NCBI GenBank assembly: GCA_016764855.1
Contig: JAESRB010000074.1
Location: 1 to 62,447, forward strand
Direction: 5' to 3'
DNA length: 62,447 nt
Origin: Emcibacter sp.
GTDB taxonomy: Bacteria > Pseudomonadota > Alphaproteobacteria > Sphingomonadales > Emcibacteraceae
Positions 30,105 to 40,821 of this stretch are shown here, piece by piece. Position numbers and translations under genes: made by a program. The number at the start of each line of letters is the position of its first letter. Within the stretch, counting starts at the first letter, position 1. Below the pieces are notes generated by a model that saw nothing but the letters and a program-made list of their open reading frames with translations, had not been told where the DNA came from and did no database searches.

Positions 30105-31090
30105 TCAAAAGAAAACTAGGACAATTTTCATCTTCCGCGTTGGGGCTAGGCTGCATGAGCCTGTCCCACGCTTATGGCACGCCACCGGATGCCCAAACAG
30201 CCAGCCGTCTTTTACAAGAAGCCCTTGATCTGGGCTATACTATGCTTGATACGGCTGCATTATACGGGTTTGGGGCTAATGAAACATTGATCGGTAATAG
30301 TCTCAGCCACAGAAGAGATGACTACATACTGGCCAGCAAGTGTGGCATGTTCAAAAATGATCAGGGTGTTCGGGAAATAAACGGCAGGCCCGAGATGATC
30401 AAGAAGACCTGTGAAGATAGCCTGAAACGTCTCAAGACAGATGTGATTGACCTCTATTATCTTCACCGTTGGGATAAGAACGTCCCCATCGAGGATAGCG
30501 TTGGCGCTCTATCCGAACTGGTCGCGGAGGGAAAGATAAAAGCCATTGGTTTATCCGAAGTATCCGCAGATACTTTGCGAAAAGCCCATGACACACACCC
30601 GATTACTGCGGTACAAACAGAATATTCATTATGGACCCGCAATGCCGAAATCAAAATCTTAAAGGCTTGCCAAGAACTTGATGTAACTTTTGTCGCTTTC
30701 AGCCCCTTGGCACGCGCTTTCCTCTCTGGAAAAATCACCGACCCTTCTACTCTAGAAGCCAAAGATCTCCGTAGAGGCATGCCAAGGTTTCAGCCAGATA
30801 ATTTCCCAGAGAACCTTAAACTACTTAAGGATTTTTCCGCCATTGCCAATAAAAATGATTACACAATGGCGCAGCTGTCTTTGGCGTGGGTTTTGGCCCA
30901 AGGGGATAATATTATCCCCATTCCGGGAACCACAAACATCGATCATTTAAGGGAGAATGCGCGCGCTACTGAGATCAGCCTTACCTCTGAAACGATGAAT
31001 GAAATGAATATTCTGATCAACGAAAATACTGTTCACGGATCAAGGTATAATGCTGCAACACAAAAAGAAATAGATACCGAAGAATTTTAA
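30101..31090 (+). CDS. Aldo/keto reductase
   Basis: GLGCM, LDTA..YG, IDLYYLHR, IGLSE, IPIPGT motifs; overlaps the ligC stop. Confidence 0.92.
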   Translation: MIKRKLGQFSSSALGLGCMSLSHAYGTPPDAQTASRLLQEALDLGYTMLDTAALYGFGANETLIGNSLSHRRDDYILASKCGMFKNDQGVREINGRPEMIKKTCEDSLKRLKTDVIDLYYLHRWDKNVPIEDSVGALSELVAEGKIKAIGLSEVSADTLRKAHDTHPITAVQTEYSLWTRNAEIKILKACQELDVTFVAFSPLARAFLSGKITDPSTLEAKDLRRGMPRFQPDNFPENLKLLKDFSAIANKNDYTMAQLSLAWVLAQGDNIIPIPGTTNIDHLRENARATEISLTSETMNEMNILINENTVHGSRYNAATQKEIDTEEF

Positions 31091-31204
31091 ATTTCTTGAT
31101 TGCTCTCCATAAAAAATCTGTGGATCATAAGGGACCGCAACAGTAGATTACGATGATATTATATGAAGTTTATAGTTTAATATCACAAACAAGGCCGCCT
31201 CTAT

Positions 31205-31966
31205 ATGGGATTTCCGCTTCCAGATATTTTTAACCATTTCCAATTGGAAACTCTTCTTCTGGGAATGCTTATAATTTTTATTGCTGCTGTTATAAAAGGC
31301 TCCACCGGCTTTGGCTTTGGCATGGTCGCCGCACCGGCCATGATGATCATTGACCCCATACTTGTCCCTGGGCCTCTTCTGGTATTGGCCATGCTGACCT
31401 CGTTTCTGATTGCCCTGCGTGAATGGAGAAACGTTGACGTAAAAGGATTATTCGTTGCATTTTCTGGCCGGGTGCCGGGAACGGTCTTGGCCGTACTCAC
31501 GGTATCCGCTATCCCTCTGACCTTATATGGGATAATTTTTGGCGTTCTAATTTTCACGTCCGTCCTGCTTAGCATGACGAGGTGGCGTTTCACATCATCA
31601 AACCGGAACCTGTTCATTGCCGGGTTATCTTCTGGTTTCATGGGTACAATTACGTCCATTGGTGCCCCGCCAATTGCGCTCGTCTATCAACATAAAACGG
31701 CCTCTGTCATAAGGTCAACTCTCGCCGTATTTTTTCTATTAGGGACAATATTTTCAATCATTATGCTCTTCATATTTGATCGTTTCTCAATGGATCACAT
31801 ATATATCAGCACATTATTCATTCCCCCTTTATTATTGGGTTTCAAACTTTCAAACGTCATAATATCCAGACTGAACGCCAAAATAGTCCGCTTTACCATT
31901 CTGGCAATGTGCGGCCTTTCCTCCCTGGCTCTTATCTTCAGATCCATAATGGAATTACAATTATAG
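31205..31966 (+). CDS. TauE/SafE-family membrane transporter
   Basis: G.TGFGFG..AAP and G..GT.TSIGAPP repeats; highly hydrophobic. Confidence 0.82.
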   Translation: MGFPLPDIFNHFQLETLLLGMLIIFIAAVIKGSTGFGFGMVAAPAMMIIDPILVPGPLLVLAMLTSFLIALREWRNVDVKGLFVAFSGRVPGTVLAVLTVSAIPLTLYGIIFGVLIFTSVLLSMTRWRFTSSNRNLFIAGLSSGFMGTITSIGAPPIALVYQHKTASVIRSTLAVFFLLGTIFSIIMLFIFDRFSMDHIYISTLFIPPLLLGFKLSNVIISRLNAKIVRFTILAMCGLSSLALIFRSIMELQL

Positions 31967-32012
31967 AAACTGTTGTTTAAAACCAGCTCAGAAAAATATT
32001 CAAGAATCTATT

Positions 32013-32894
32013 TTAAATTTGTTTCAGAAAATTCTTGCGAAAATCGGAGGGTTTATCTGTTGTTTTATTATGAAAAAAATTGGAAAAATGCGCGGGGTCA
32101 CAAAAGCCCAATTCATATGAAATTTCCGCAATCGTGACAGACGTATAGATCAGCAGCCTCTTGGCCTCCAGAAGAGAGCGTTGATTAATTAACTCTGAGG
32201 CAGAAATATTGAGGATCGTTCGGCAAATCCGATTTAAATGTGTGGGCGTAATATGAAGTTCCATCGCATATTCAGCCACCAATAATCGCTTCTTGAATTT
32301 CATATTAATTAAACGTCGAAAGCGTTGCAGAAGGATTTGTTTTTGGGACGTCGCCACCTTTGGCACGTTATCGACGGCGGGCTGACATCTTACTATTTTA
32401 GTCATTAAGAGCGTCGCCAGACAGCGCAATGTCAGACCATAGGCCACTGCCATATCTTCATGTTCTTTTTCAATTGAACCAAAAATATCCTGAAATTCTC
32501 TTTGTTCAAGGGAATCTTCGCATTGGAACATTATTTTCTGACCGATATGTTCCAAAAGCAAAAGATCGTCTTTTAGGATAGTCTGAAGATATTGGTCCGG
32601 AATAGTCAAAACCCAGCCCTTCGTCTCAGGCACAAAAACAAATCCGTGAACGGTTAAAGACGGGATGCCAATCAACAGGTTGTCATTTATAGGATATTTC
32701 TCTCCTTCAATAATCGCATAGCCCCCCCCGCCTTTTTCTATATAGAAAAACTGATGCAAATTTTGATGCTGATGCGCACGGAATTTCCAATCATGATACC
32801 GGCTGCGGGCTTTGATAGATTCAATATGAAGATAACTGGTAAAAAGCTCAGTCTCCTTTTCACCATAGAGAACATAATTTGGTATTTGTGTCAT
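32013..32894 (-). CDS. pobR: AraC-family regulator of pobA
   Basis: IPNY.LYGE..LHIESI..RS cupin N-terminus, AraC HTH C-terminus; divergent from pobA. Confidence 0.85.
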   Translation of the reverse strand: MTQIPNYVLYGEKETELFTSYLHIESIKARSRYHDWKFRAHQHQNLHQFFYIEKGGGGYAIIEGEKYPINDNLLIGIPSLTVHGFVFVPETKGWVLTIPDQYLQTILKDDLLLLEHIGQKIMFQCEDSLEQREFQDIFGSIEKEHEDMAVAYGLTLRCLATLLMTKIVRCQPAVDNVPKVATSQKQILLQRFRRLINMKFKKRLLVAEYAMELHITPTHLNRICRTILNISASELINQRSLLEAKRLLIYTSVTIAEISYELGFCDPAHFSNFFHNKTTDKPSDFRKNFLKQI

Positions 32895-32999
32895 ACATTA
32901 AACCTTAATAGCCATATAATGTTCCAAACATACAATTTATAATCAATTCTGTACATTCCTCTTTCTGTTGCTATCGCCTAAATATTACTTAGCAAGTAA

Positions 33000-34211
<1,212 letters not shown>

Positions 34212-34338
34212 CGCTATAGGTGTGAGCAAAAGCTTCAGATGAAAAAAGGGCGATTTCCTTCACTCTCAAATATAATGTGGTCAAGTACACCGCGTATATT
34301 TCCAGCACGTATCGTCCGCACTACCAAGTACGACTTTT

Positions 34339-34367
34339 ATGTTCCACTATTATCTATAGTGGAACAT
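34339..34367. repeat. 29-bp inverted repeat, copy 1 (ATGTTCCACTAT-N5-ATAGTGGAACAT)
   Basis: Perfect 12-bp arms, spacer TATCT. Confidence 0.9.
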
Positions 34368-34490
34368 GGCAAGGGAAACGCCTTGTCGTAAAGCCTATCT
34401 GGTTGAACATATAGCGCCTATAAATTTTCTCAAAGAACACCCTTTTTACGCGATCCTTGATTAATTACACTCCATAGATTAACTTTATTG

Positions 34491-34520
34491 AGCGGCGGCT
34501 TCCGACCCCAATCGGTCATT
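34491..34520. repeat. Short imperfect palindromic repeat, copy A
   Basis: AGCGGCGGCTTCCGACCCCAATCGGTCATT; shares CTTCCGACCC with copy B. Confidence 0.6.
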
Positions 34521-34581
34521 AGCAATCATGCAAATAGGGACGACAACTATTACAAAATTCTAACAATTGGTCCATAAACTA

Positions 34582-34785
34582 ATGAAACATTACATGATAA
34601 GAGTTTTAGCCGGCATATGGTTACTAGGGTTCTTCACCTATCAATGGATGTTTTGGACCGACCAATTGCAGGGAGGGTGGGATACACGAGTAGGTGGAAC
34701 GTTCTTTTTGACGTCAGTAATAATAATTTTCTTGGAAAAAAAATGGCGTAGAAAGTCTAATTCAAGAGAACAGAAGATCGATTGA
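34582..34785 (+). CDS. Small hypothetical membrane protein (2 TM)
   Basis: Two hydrophobic stretches and a basic tail; lies between repeats A and B. Confidence 0.5.
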   Translation: MKHYMIRVLAGIWLLGFFTYQWMFWTDQLQGGWDTRVGGTFFLTSVIIIFLEKKWRRKSNSREQKID

Positions 34786-34808
34786 ATTCAAATAAACGTT
34801 ATAGAAGT

Positions 34809-34838
34809 AAGAGGCTACTTCCGACCCGAAGCGGACAC
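34809..34838. repeat. Short imperfect palindromic repeat, copy B
   Basis: AAGAGGCTACTTCCGACCCGAAGCGGACAC. Confidence 0.6.
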
Positions 34839-34928
34839 GGAGGGCTTTTTCTTCCCGTTGGGCGAGATAAATTTCTGGTTACAATCGAAAAGTATTTACA
34901 GGATTATCGTCTAGGAAATAGATAGTTA

Positions 34929-35537
34929 GTGCGGGGAATTATGAATGTGGTTAATACAATGAGGAAATATTTAAAGGAATTGCCGCTAGCAATAGTAGCT
35001 TTTGCTATATTTAATCATGGTTTTTTGCCAATAAGTCTTCCATATCAATTAAGATTTACGATGGACAGTTTTAATGCTGGCTTTGGTATTCTTATCATTG
35101 TGGCTTTGCCCATAGCTATATTTGTCCGATCCTCCTTGTTTAAGAATATATATTTGAAAATACTGGGCTTTCTTTCATTCATAGGCGTCCTCGGCTTGTA
35201 TTATGTTGGTTTCTTAGCATTAATTTTCATTTTTTTTGATTTCTTTGAAACAATTGAAAATGGCAGAGATATATCCTTCAAACTAGAAAAAGATATTGAA
35301 ATTAGTGGTTATCATTACCGCCTTTATCATACCGTGTGTGGCGCAGGATGCTTTGAAAGAAAAATTCTGAGAAAAGAAATGAATTTATTGCCGGGATTCA
35401 AAATAGTAAAACAACTGTATAATACAGATATCTTCAACCCAGTAACCCTAACCGTTATTGATTCCAATAAGATACAATTAATTGTTGGGAATTATGAAGA
35501 TGAGACTGATGTTAAAATAATCATTTATGAGCCTTGA
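34929..35537 (+). CDS. Hypothetical membrane protein (about 3 TM plus soluble C-domain with CxxxC)
   Basis: 202-aa AT-rich ORF; hydrophobic N-half, YRLYHTVCGAGC motif. Confidence 0.7.
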   Translation: MRGIMNVVNTMRKYLKELPLAIVAFAIFNHGFLPISLPYQLRFTMDSFNAGFGILIIVALPIAIFVRSSLFKNIYLKILGFLSFIGVLGLYYVGFLALIFIFFDFFETIENGRDISFKLEKDIEISGYHYRLYHTVCGAGCFERKILRKEMNLLPGFKIVKQLYNTDIFNPVTLTVIDSNKIQLIVGNYEDETDVKIIIYEP

Positions 35538-35557
35538 GAAAACCTAAAATCACAGTA

Positions 35558-35600
35558 AATGCCCACTCTTGGCGGTGATCTCAACCGAAAGCAGCCACTC
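35558..35600. repeat. Degenerate/interrupted palindromic repeat, copy C
   Basis: AATGCCCACT...GAAAGCAGCCACT arms with an extra internal GGCGGTGATCTCAACCG segment. Confidence 0.4.
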
Positions 35601-35639
35601 GTTTCTTTCTAAAACGACTCTTTTGAAACGACCCGGCAA

Positions 35640-35668
35640 ATGTTCCACTATTACCAATAGTGGAACAT
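35640..35668. repeat. 29-bp inverted repeat, copy 2 (ATGTTCCACTAT-N5-ATAGTGGAACAT)
   Basis: Arms identical to copy 1, spacer TACCA. Confidence 0.9.
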
Positions 35669-35698
35669 TGATTTATCTTACCCTCCCAAGCCAATACA

Positions 35699-36043
35699 TT
35701 AAAAAGGATTCTTCCCCCTAATTGAAACCTTTTTGTCTTGATTTATTAATCCATGTATATGAATGCCTACGACACCCATTCCTTTATCCCAAAATTTCAC
35801 AATTTCATGGTTGATCCATTTCCGATCAGCCGTATTACTACCAACTAATACAACCGTACAACATCGCCCTTTCATTTGGGTTGCAATCCATCTTTCAATT
35901 GCTGGATCGCTCCCATTAGTAACTGCTTCCCAGTCATTATCGGTAGCAGGCCGATTACCTTCTACAGCACCAATGTTTCGAACCATAGATATGCGCCAGC
36001 TGGCGGGCGCATAATTGAAACTATAAAAACACTGCCTTTTCAT
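35699..36043 (-). pseudogene. TIR-like (DUF1863/ThsB-type) protein, C-terminally truncated
   Basis: FYSF.Y..WR..VRNIG.VEG, DNDWE, TVVLVG..TA.RKWI..EI, G.NPF; stops at 114 aa. Confidence 0.75.
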
Positions 36044-36297
36044 CTTATTTCCTTCCGGCTTATAATAATATTACAAAAGTTATGGATAGTCCTAAAACAC
36101 AATAAAAAGCTATCCTGCCAATCTAAGCCTTCTTTTTTAACCTCTGAAACATCCATAAAAAAATCAATATCAACTTCGCTTTTCTGACGTACAACATCAT
36201 ATAACGCGCGAAACCCCCTTTCCTTCGAAAGGAAATAAGCATCAAGCCTCCCCCAAAAAATAACAGGAAAAAAGCCAAGAAAATATAGGCTAATCAT
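36040..36297 (-). pseudogene. Fragment of a TIR-associated membrane protein
   Basis: FPV.FW..LDAYFLS.ER.FRALYD.VR...DIDF.MD resembles membrane proteins I recall beside TIR genes; N-terminus appears missing; overlaps the TIR start. Confidence 0.55.
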
Positions 36298-36369
36298 TCA
36301 TAATTTATACCCTATTTAAAATGAAAAACATGGAAAACGGCAGTGTCTCTGCTAGACATAGATGGATTA

Positions 36370-36405
36370 TGTTCGTATATTAAACAAATACAATAATTAC
36401 GAACA
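36370..36405. promoter_or_regulatory. Putative IclR (PcaU/TphR-type) operator
   Basis: TGTTCGTATATTAAACA palindrome plus distal CGAACA; 26/36 identical to 46301-46336. Confidence 0.65.
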
Positions 36406-36417
36406 AATATCCTAAAT

Positions 36418-37185
36418 ATGCAAAAAAAACCCACACCGGCAACCGAATTAATGTCTGGCCTAACCAAGGGCCTTGCCGTCATCGAAGCCTTGAGTGCAAA
36501 AGGGCAGCAAATGACAATAGCGGAAGTCGCTCGAGCGACAAATTTAACGCGGGCTACGGCACGCAGATGCCTCTTAACCCTTTCAGACTGCGGATATCTT
36601 GTCTTTGATGGGAAATATTTTCAACCCGCCCCCAAAATCATGCGACTTGGAATGGCGTATTTAAACGTTGCAACTTTACCGCAAATCGCCCAACCTTTTC
36701 TGGTTTCTGCCTGCGAGCAGCTTAATGAAACAATTTCCATAACTATTTTAGAGGGCCAGAATTCCGTTTTCATCGCCCGTGCGGAAGCCGAACATATTGT
36801 TAAAATAGGTCTTCGAGTTGGCGCGCGCCTTCCCGCATATAGCTGCGCGACGGGCCGGGTTCTTCTATCCACTTACTCTGATACGGCTCTTACTGAATAT
36901 CTGGATAATTGTGATCTGGTGGTAAACACCCCCAAAACAATAGTTGAAAAGTCTACGATCAGGCAAGCGATAGAAGACGTGAAAAAAATCGGCTATGCCG
37001 TTACAAACGAAGAATTGGCATTAGGTATGCGCTCTATCGCAACACCGGTACGCAATCCATCAGGTGAGATCATTGCCGCCATGAGTGCCAGCGCATTTGT
37101 TAACCGGGTATCCCAAAAGGAAATGATCAAAAAATTCCTGCCCGTCCTATTGCAGCAATCCCAAGCCCTCACCAACGCCCTTTAG
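36418..37185 (+). CDS. IclR-family regulator (PcaR/TphR-like)
   Basis: KGLAVIE, TRATARRCLLTL, VGARLPAY..ATGRVLL, EELA.G.RSIA. Confidence 0.92.
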   Translation: MQKKPTPATELMSGLTKGLAVIEALSAKGQQMTIAEVARATNLTRATARRCLLTLSDCGYLVFDGKYFQPAPKIMRLGMAYLNVATLPQIAQPFLVSACEQLNETISITILEGQNSVFIARAEAEHIVKIGLRVGARLPAYSCATGRVLLSTYSDTALTEYLDNCDLVVNTPKTIVEKSTIRQAIEDVKKIGYAVTNEELALGMRSIATPVRNPSGEIIAAMSASAFVNRVSQKEMIKKFLPVLLQQSQALTNAL

Positions 37186-37212
37186 ACTTCATAAAATCAT
37201 CAGGAAAACCAT

Positions 37213-38220
37213 ATGTCAGAGAATGAGCTTCATGCGCACGATCAGAGCCGTCCTAAAGTAGCCTTTCCCGTTGGCGACCCTGGCGGCATTGGTCCTGAAT
37301 TATGCCTGAAGGCTGCTCTTTCAAAAGACGTCCGCGAGCTATGCCGTCCTCTCATCTTCGGCGACCTCAAAGTTTTACAGGAACATGCCAGATTATGTGA
37401 AATTCCTTGGGATGTTGAGGTTTATACCGATCTTTCCGAAGTGGACTGGACATCAGATAAAATTCTCATTCTGGCCCGTGATCAATTTTCTGAAAGCGAC
37501 TTCACAATTGGTGAAATCAAAGCATCACATGGAACCTCGATCCTTGATTCCGCGCAGGCTGCTATTACCGCAGCAGTCAGCGGAGAGGTGGATGCCGTTG
37601 TCGCTTGCCCCCACACACAAAGTGCCATAGCGAAATCTGGCGTCCAGTTTGACGGCTACCCCTCCTATGTGGCTAAAATAACCAATAAGTCGGCCGAAGA
37701 AGTCTTTCTGATGTTATGCGTTGATGATATCCGCATTGCCCATTGTACGTTACATGTTGGACTACGAGATGCTTTAGATATGATCGATGTCAAACGTGTT
37801 AAATCCTGCATTCAGGCAACATATGACACACTTAAGAAAATTGGCATTCCTCAGCCCAAAATTCTAATTAGCGGCATAAATCCTCATGCCAGCGAAAATG
37901 GCCTTTTTGGAGATGAAGAAGCGAATATCATTATACCCGCTGTGGAAGAGGCCCGATCAAAAGGCATTCATGTGGAAGGTCCCGTAGGCGCCGACAATAT
38001 GTTACATCGGCAAGACATTGATGCCTTTATCGTGATGTTTCATGATCAAGGTCATATCCCGGCAAAACTCTTGGCCCGCCACCGGACTGCCGCTGTCACC
38101 ATTGGCAGCCCTATATTATTCTCATCCGTGGCTCATGGTAGCGCGTTAGACATTGCCGGACAGGGAAAAGCCGATATTTCCGCACTTGTTCAGGCTCTCA
38201 CCACAGTTATACCCTCTTAG
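37213..38220 (+). CDS. tphB: PdxA-family decarboxylating cis-dihydrodiol dehydrogenase (TphB)
   Basis: GDP.GIGPE, VDAVVACPH, F.GYPS, VFLML, GINPHASE, HDQGHIP.KLLA; linked to tphA genes. Confidence 0.8.
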   Translation: MSENELHAHDQSRPKVAFPVGDPGGIGPELCLKAALSKDVRELCRPLIFGDLKVLQEHARLCEIPWDVEVYTDLSEVDWTSDKILILARDQFSESDFTIGEIKASHGTSILDSAQAAITAAVSGEVDAVVACPHTQSAIAKSGVQFDGYPSYVAKITNKSAEEVFLMLCVDDIRIAHCTLHVGLRDALDMIDVKRVKSCIQATYDTLKKIGIPQPKILISGINPHASENGLFGDEEANIIIPAVEEARSKGIHVEGPVGADNMLHRQDIDAFIVMFHDQGHIPAKLLARHRTAAVTIGSPILFSSVAHGSALDIAGQGKADISALVQALTTVIPS

Positions 38221-38252
38221 AACCTCCCAATATTTCACAGCCATAAAAAAAA

Positions 38253-38282
38253 CTTATGCCCGGAATTTCTCCCAGGCATAAG
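38253..38282. terminator. Stem-loop between convergent tphB and TBDR genes
   Basis: CTTATGCC...GGCATAAG arms with an A8 run on the left. Confidence 0.55.
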
Positions 38283-38314
38283 CCGTCATATTTTTTATTC
38301 TGTCCTGTTACGTC

Positions 38315-40651
38315 TTAGAATGTGAACTTCACAGTTGCCCCATAGGTTCTAGGCGCCAGAAAAGTTCGAGCAATGATCAGCCCGGTTCCAAGAGAGAAAT
38401 TGCCGGTCTCGACCATTTCATCCGTGAGATTCTTCGCCCAAAGCTCTGCACTCCAGCGATCATCAGCCGGAACGAACTTTAAACTAACATCTAAGATTGT
38501 ATAAGCATCCTGCTTCAGTCGTTCATTATTGAATTCACTGAAGAAATGCTCTCCCTTAAACGATAGATTAGACCCCACCGTCAGCTGGCCTCCCCCCGGA
38601 TGGAAAGGCAGATCATATGCAGCGTGCACACTACCGCTCCATTTCGGAGACTGTACAGCGGAATTTCCACTAAGATTTTGCTGGGCCGCCGCCGCATCAG
38701 AGAACTGCAAAGGATTAATAGGATCAACAGAGACAAAACCTTCCTGAAACGCTGTTTCCAGCCAAGCAAAGGAACCGCTCAACCTAAAGCTCTCCGTAGG
38801 ACGCCACACGACAGAAGCTTCTGCCCCATGCGCTTTTAAATCCGCCGCATTCGCAAGCGTCAATGTAAAACCGCCAGCTCCAGTAGGTAAAGACCGCTGC
38901 AGCTGAAGATCTTTTGCCGTATAAAAGAACCCGCTGACATTCAGTGTTAATTCACCGTCAATCCATGTGCTTTTTATACCGAATTCATTATTCTTAACTG
39001 TTTCCGGGTCCACAAATCCTTGACCAGACGTTGACCCAATAGGCACTGTTCCGGCTTTGAACCCTTCACTGTAAGTATAATAAAGCATCATATCATCTGT
39101 GGGACGCCATTCTATGCCAAATTCAGACGTATATTTTGCAAATTTCTTACTGTCATCAAAGGGCGCAATACTTTTTTGTGGGCCTAAGCCATTGGCCACA
39201 AAGATAAGGTTTTCTTTCAGGACTGAGATTTTATCTTCGGTATAACGCCCACCAAGTTTCAGGGTTACTTCTGGCATCACATCATAACGCACGCTCCAAA
39301 ATGCAGCCCAACTGTCTGTATTTTTAGTGCCCGATAGCTGTACACGTTTATCAAAAGTCGTTCCCCCACCCGGAAGAGCCCGAGGGCGACCATTCTTAGG
39401 TTGAAAACCAATCGTATTCGTCGTGCTGTTTTCTTCGTTAAAGTAAAAGAAGCCTCCAACAAAATCGAGCGGCAGGCCAGCAAAGTCCGCAGCATAATTT
39501 ATTTGCAATTCCGCACTGAACTGTTCGGAATTTATCGGCCTTTCCTGATTGGTTCCGCCAACACCATTCACATCTTCCCTTTGGACAACGGAGGATAAAT
39601 CAAGGTCTTGGATCAAATTCACATCCACGTCGCGGTAATTCACAATCCCTTTAAAGGCCAATTCCTCACTCGCGGCCCAATTCAATGTCCCCGTTACGGA
39701 TAATGTCTCCCTATCATTTTGTGGGTCGAACTCCGTTGAAATATCCCGAGGGTTTCCGACAGGGAAGCCGCCCAATCCTGGTGCCGCTTTTGAGGGCAAA
39801 TTAGCAAAAGTGACTTCTTTGAATTTGAACACCAACCCTCTATCATCTTGTTTTGCATATTCAACAGACAGCAATAAATCAACGTCCTCACTAGGAATAA
39901 GCTTAATTTGCCCTCTTAACATTTGTTGATTTTGATTATCCACGTCAGCACCCGTAAACTGGTTTTCTCCAAAACCACTACGGTTCACTGTACGCCATGC
40001 AAGACGTGCAAGAACACCATCAAAAAGCGTCCCGCCAATCGCGCCATCGGTTTCTACCGCCGCATAATTCCCGATGGTAAGTCTTCCATAGGCCTCGAAC
40101 TCTTCTGAAGGCTTTGATGTAATCAAATTAATAGCACCCGCCATCGTATTACGACCAAATAATGACCCCTGTGGCCCGCTCAGAACTTCAACGCGCTCCA
40201 GATCGAATAATGAAAATAACTGCGCAACAGGCGTATTAATAACCGCCCCGTCCACATAAAAACCAACCGCAGGATCAATACCCGCTGACACGGAATTCAA
40301 CCCCAAACCACGGCTGCTGATTTGCGGCGTACCAAAGCTGTCATTAATGGTTATAGACGGTATATATAGCTGTAAGTCTTTAATATCGACCACATGCCTA
40401 TCTTCTAACTGCTGCCGATCAAGGACCGCGACAGAAACGGAGACATCCTGCAAGGATTGCGTCCGTTTAAGCGCCGTTACAACGATCTCATCAAGGGTAC
40501 TGCTGTCCGCTAATGCAGCAGAACTTCCCATTAAGATACTGGCACAACCGAACATAACTGCTGTTGTTTGCAATAAGCCACGACGCCATTCTTTATTCCC
40601 TGACGTAAATATACTCTCTTTAATTTTTCCTGATTGATTTAAAGTGGTCAT
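38315..40651 (-). CDS. TonB-dependent receptor
   Basis: LDEIVVTALKR, GPQGSLFGRNTMAG, terminal FTF. Confidence 0.93.
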   Translation of the reverse strand: MTTLNQSGKIKESIFTSGNKEWRRGLLQTTAVMFGCASILMGSSAALADSSTLDEIVVTALKRTQSLQDVSVSVAVLDRQQLEDRHVVDIKDLQLYIPSITINDSFGTPQISSRGLGLNSVSAGIDPAVGFYVDGAVINTPVAQLFSLFDLERVEVLSGPQGSLFGRNTMAGAINLITSKPSEEFEAYGRLTIGNYAAVETDGAIGGTLFDGVLARLAWRTVNRSGFGENQFTGADVDNQNQQMLRGQIKLIPSEDVDLLLSVEYAKQDDRGLVFKFKEVTFANLPSKAAPGLGGFPVGNPRDISTEFDPQNDRETLSVTGTLNWAASEELAFKGIVNYRDVDVNLIQDLDLSSVVQREDVNGVGGTNQERPINSEQFSAELQINYAADFAGLPLDFVGGFFYFNEENSTTNTIGFQPKNGRPRALPGGGTTFDKRVQLSGTKNTDSWAAFWSVRYDVMPEVTLKLGGRYTEDKISVLKENLIFVANGLGPQKSIAPFDDSKKFAKYTSEFGIEWRPTDDMMLYYTYSEGFKAGTVPIGSTSGQGFVDPETVKNNEFGIKSTWIDGELTLNVSGFFYTAKDLQLQRSLPTGAGGFTLTLANAADLKAHGAEASVVWRPTESFRLSGSFAWLETAFQEGFVSVDPINPLQFSDAAAAQQNLSGNSAVQSPKWSGSVHAAYDLPFHPGGGQLTVGSNLSFKGEHFFSEFNNERLKQDAYTILDVSLKFVPADDRWSAELWAKNLTDEMVETGNFSLGTGLIIARTFLAPRTYGATVKFTF

Positions 40652-40821
40652 TTATAGTCTCCCTGCCCCACGGGTGTGAGGATGTAAGTTATCGAATTTA
40701 TTATTCATTGAAGCGTAAGCTATCTTCTGATCAATTTGTAATTAGAATTATCACCCTGGTTATAAGTTTTATGATCCTTTTAAAATGCATCCCTCATGCT
40801 GTTAAATTATTGAATATATAT

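Noticed and set aside
34491-35600. Classical integron attC sites
   Set aside because: Too short, lacking RYYYAAC/GTTRRRY ends; no intI in the window.
34339-35668. parS sites or a CRISPR array
   Set aside because: The TGTTCCAC/GTGGAACA halves resemble parS but are separated by 11 nt rather than contiguous; only two copies 1.3 kb apart, with no regular spacers and no cas genes.
37213-38220. Housekeeping pdxA
   Set aside because: The ACPH/GYPS/VFLML motifs and linkage to the dioxygenase fit TphB; no surA/ksgA context.
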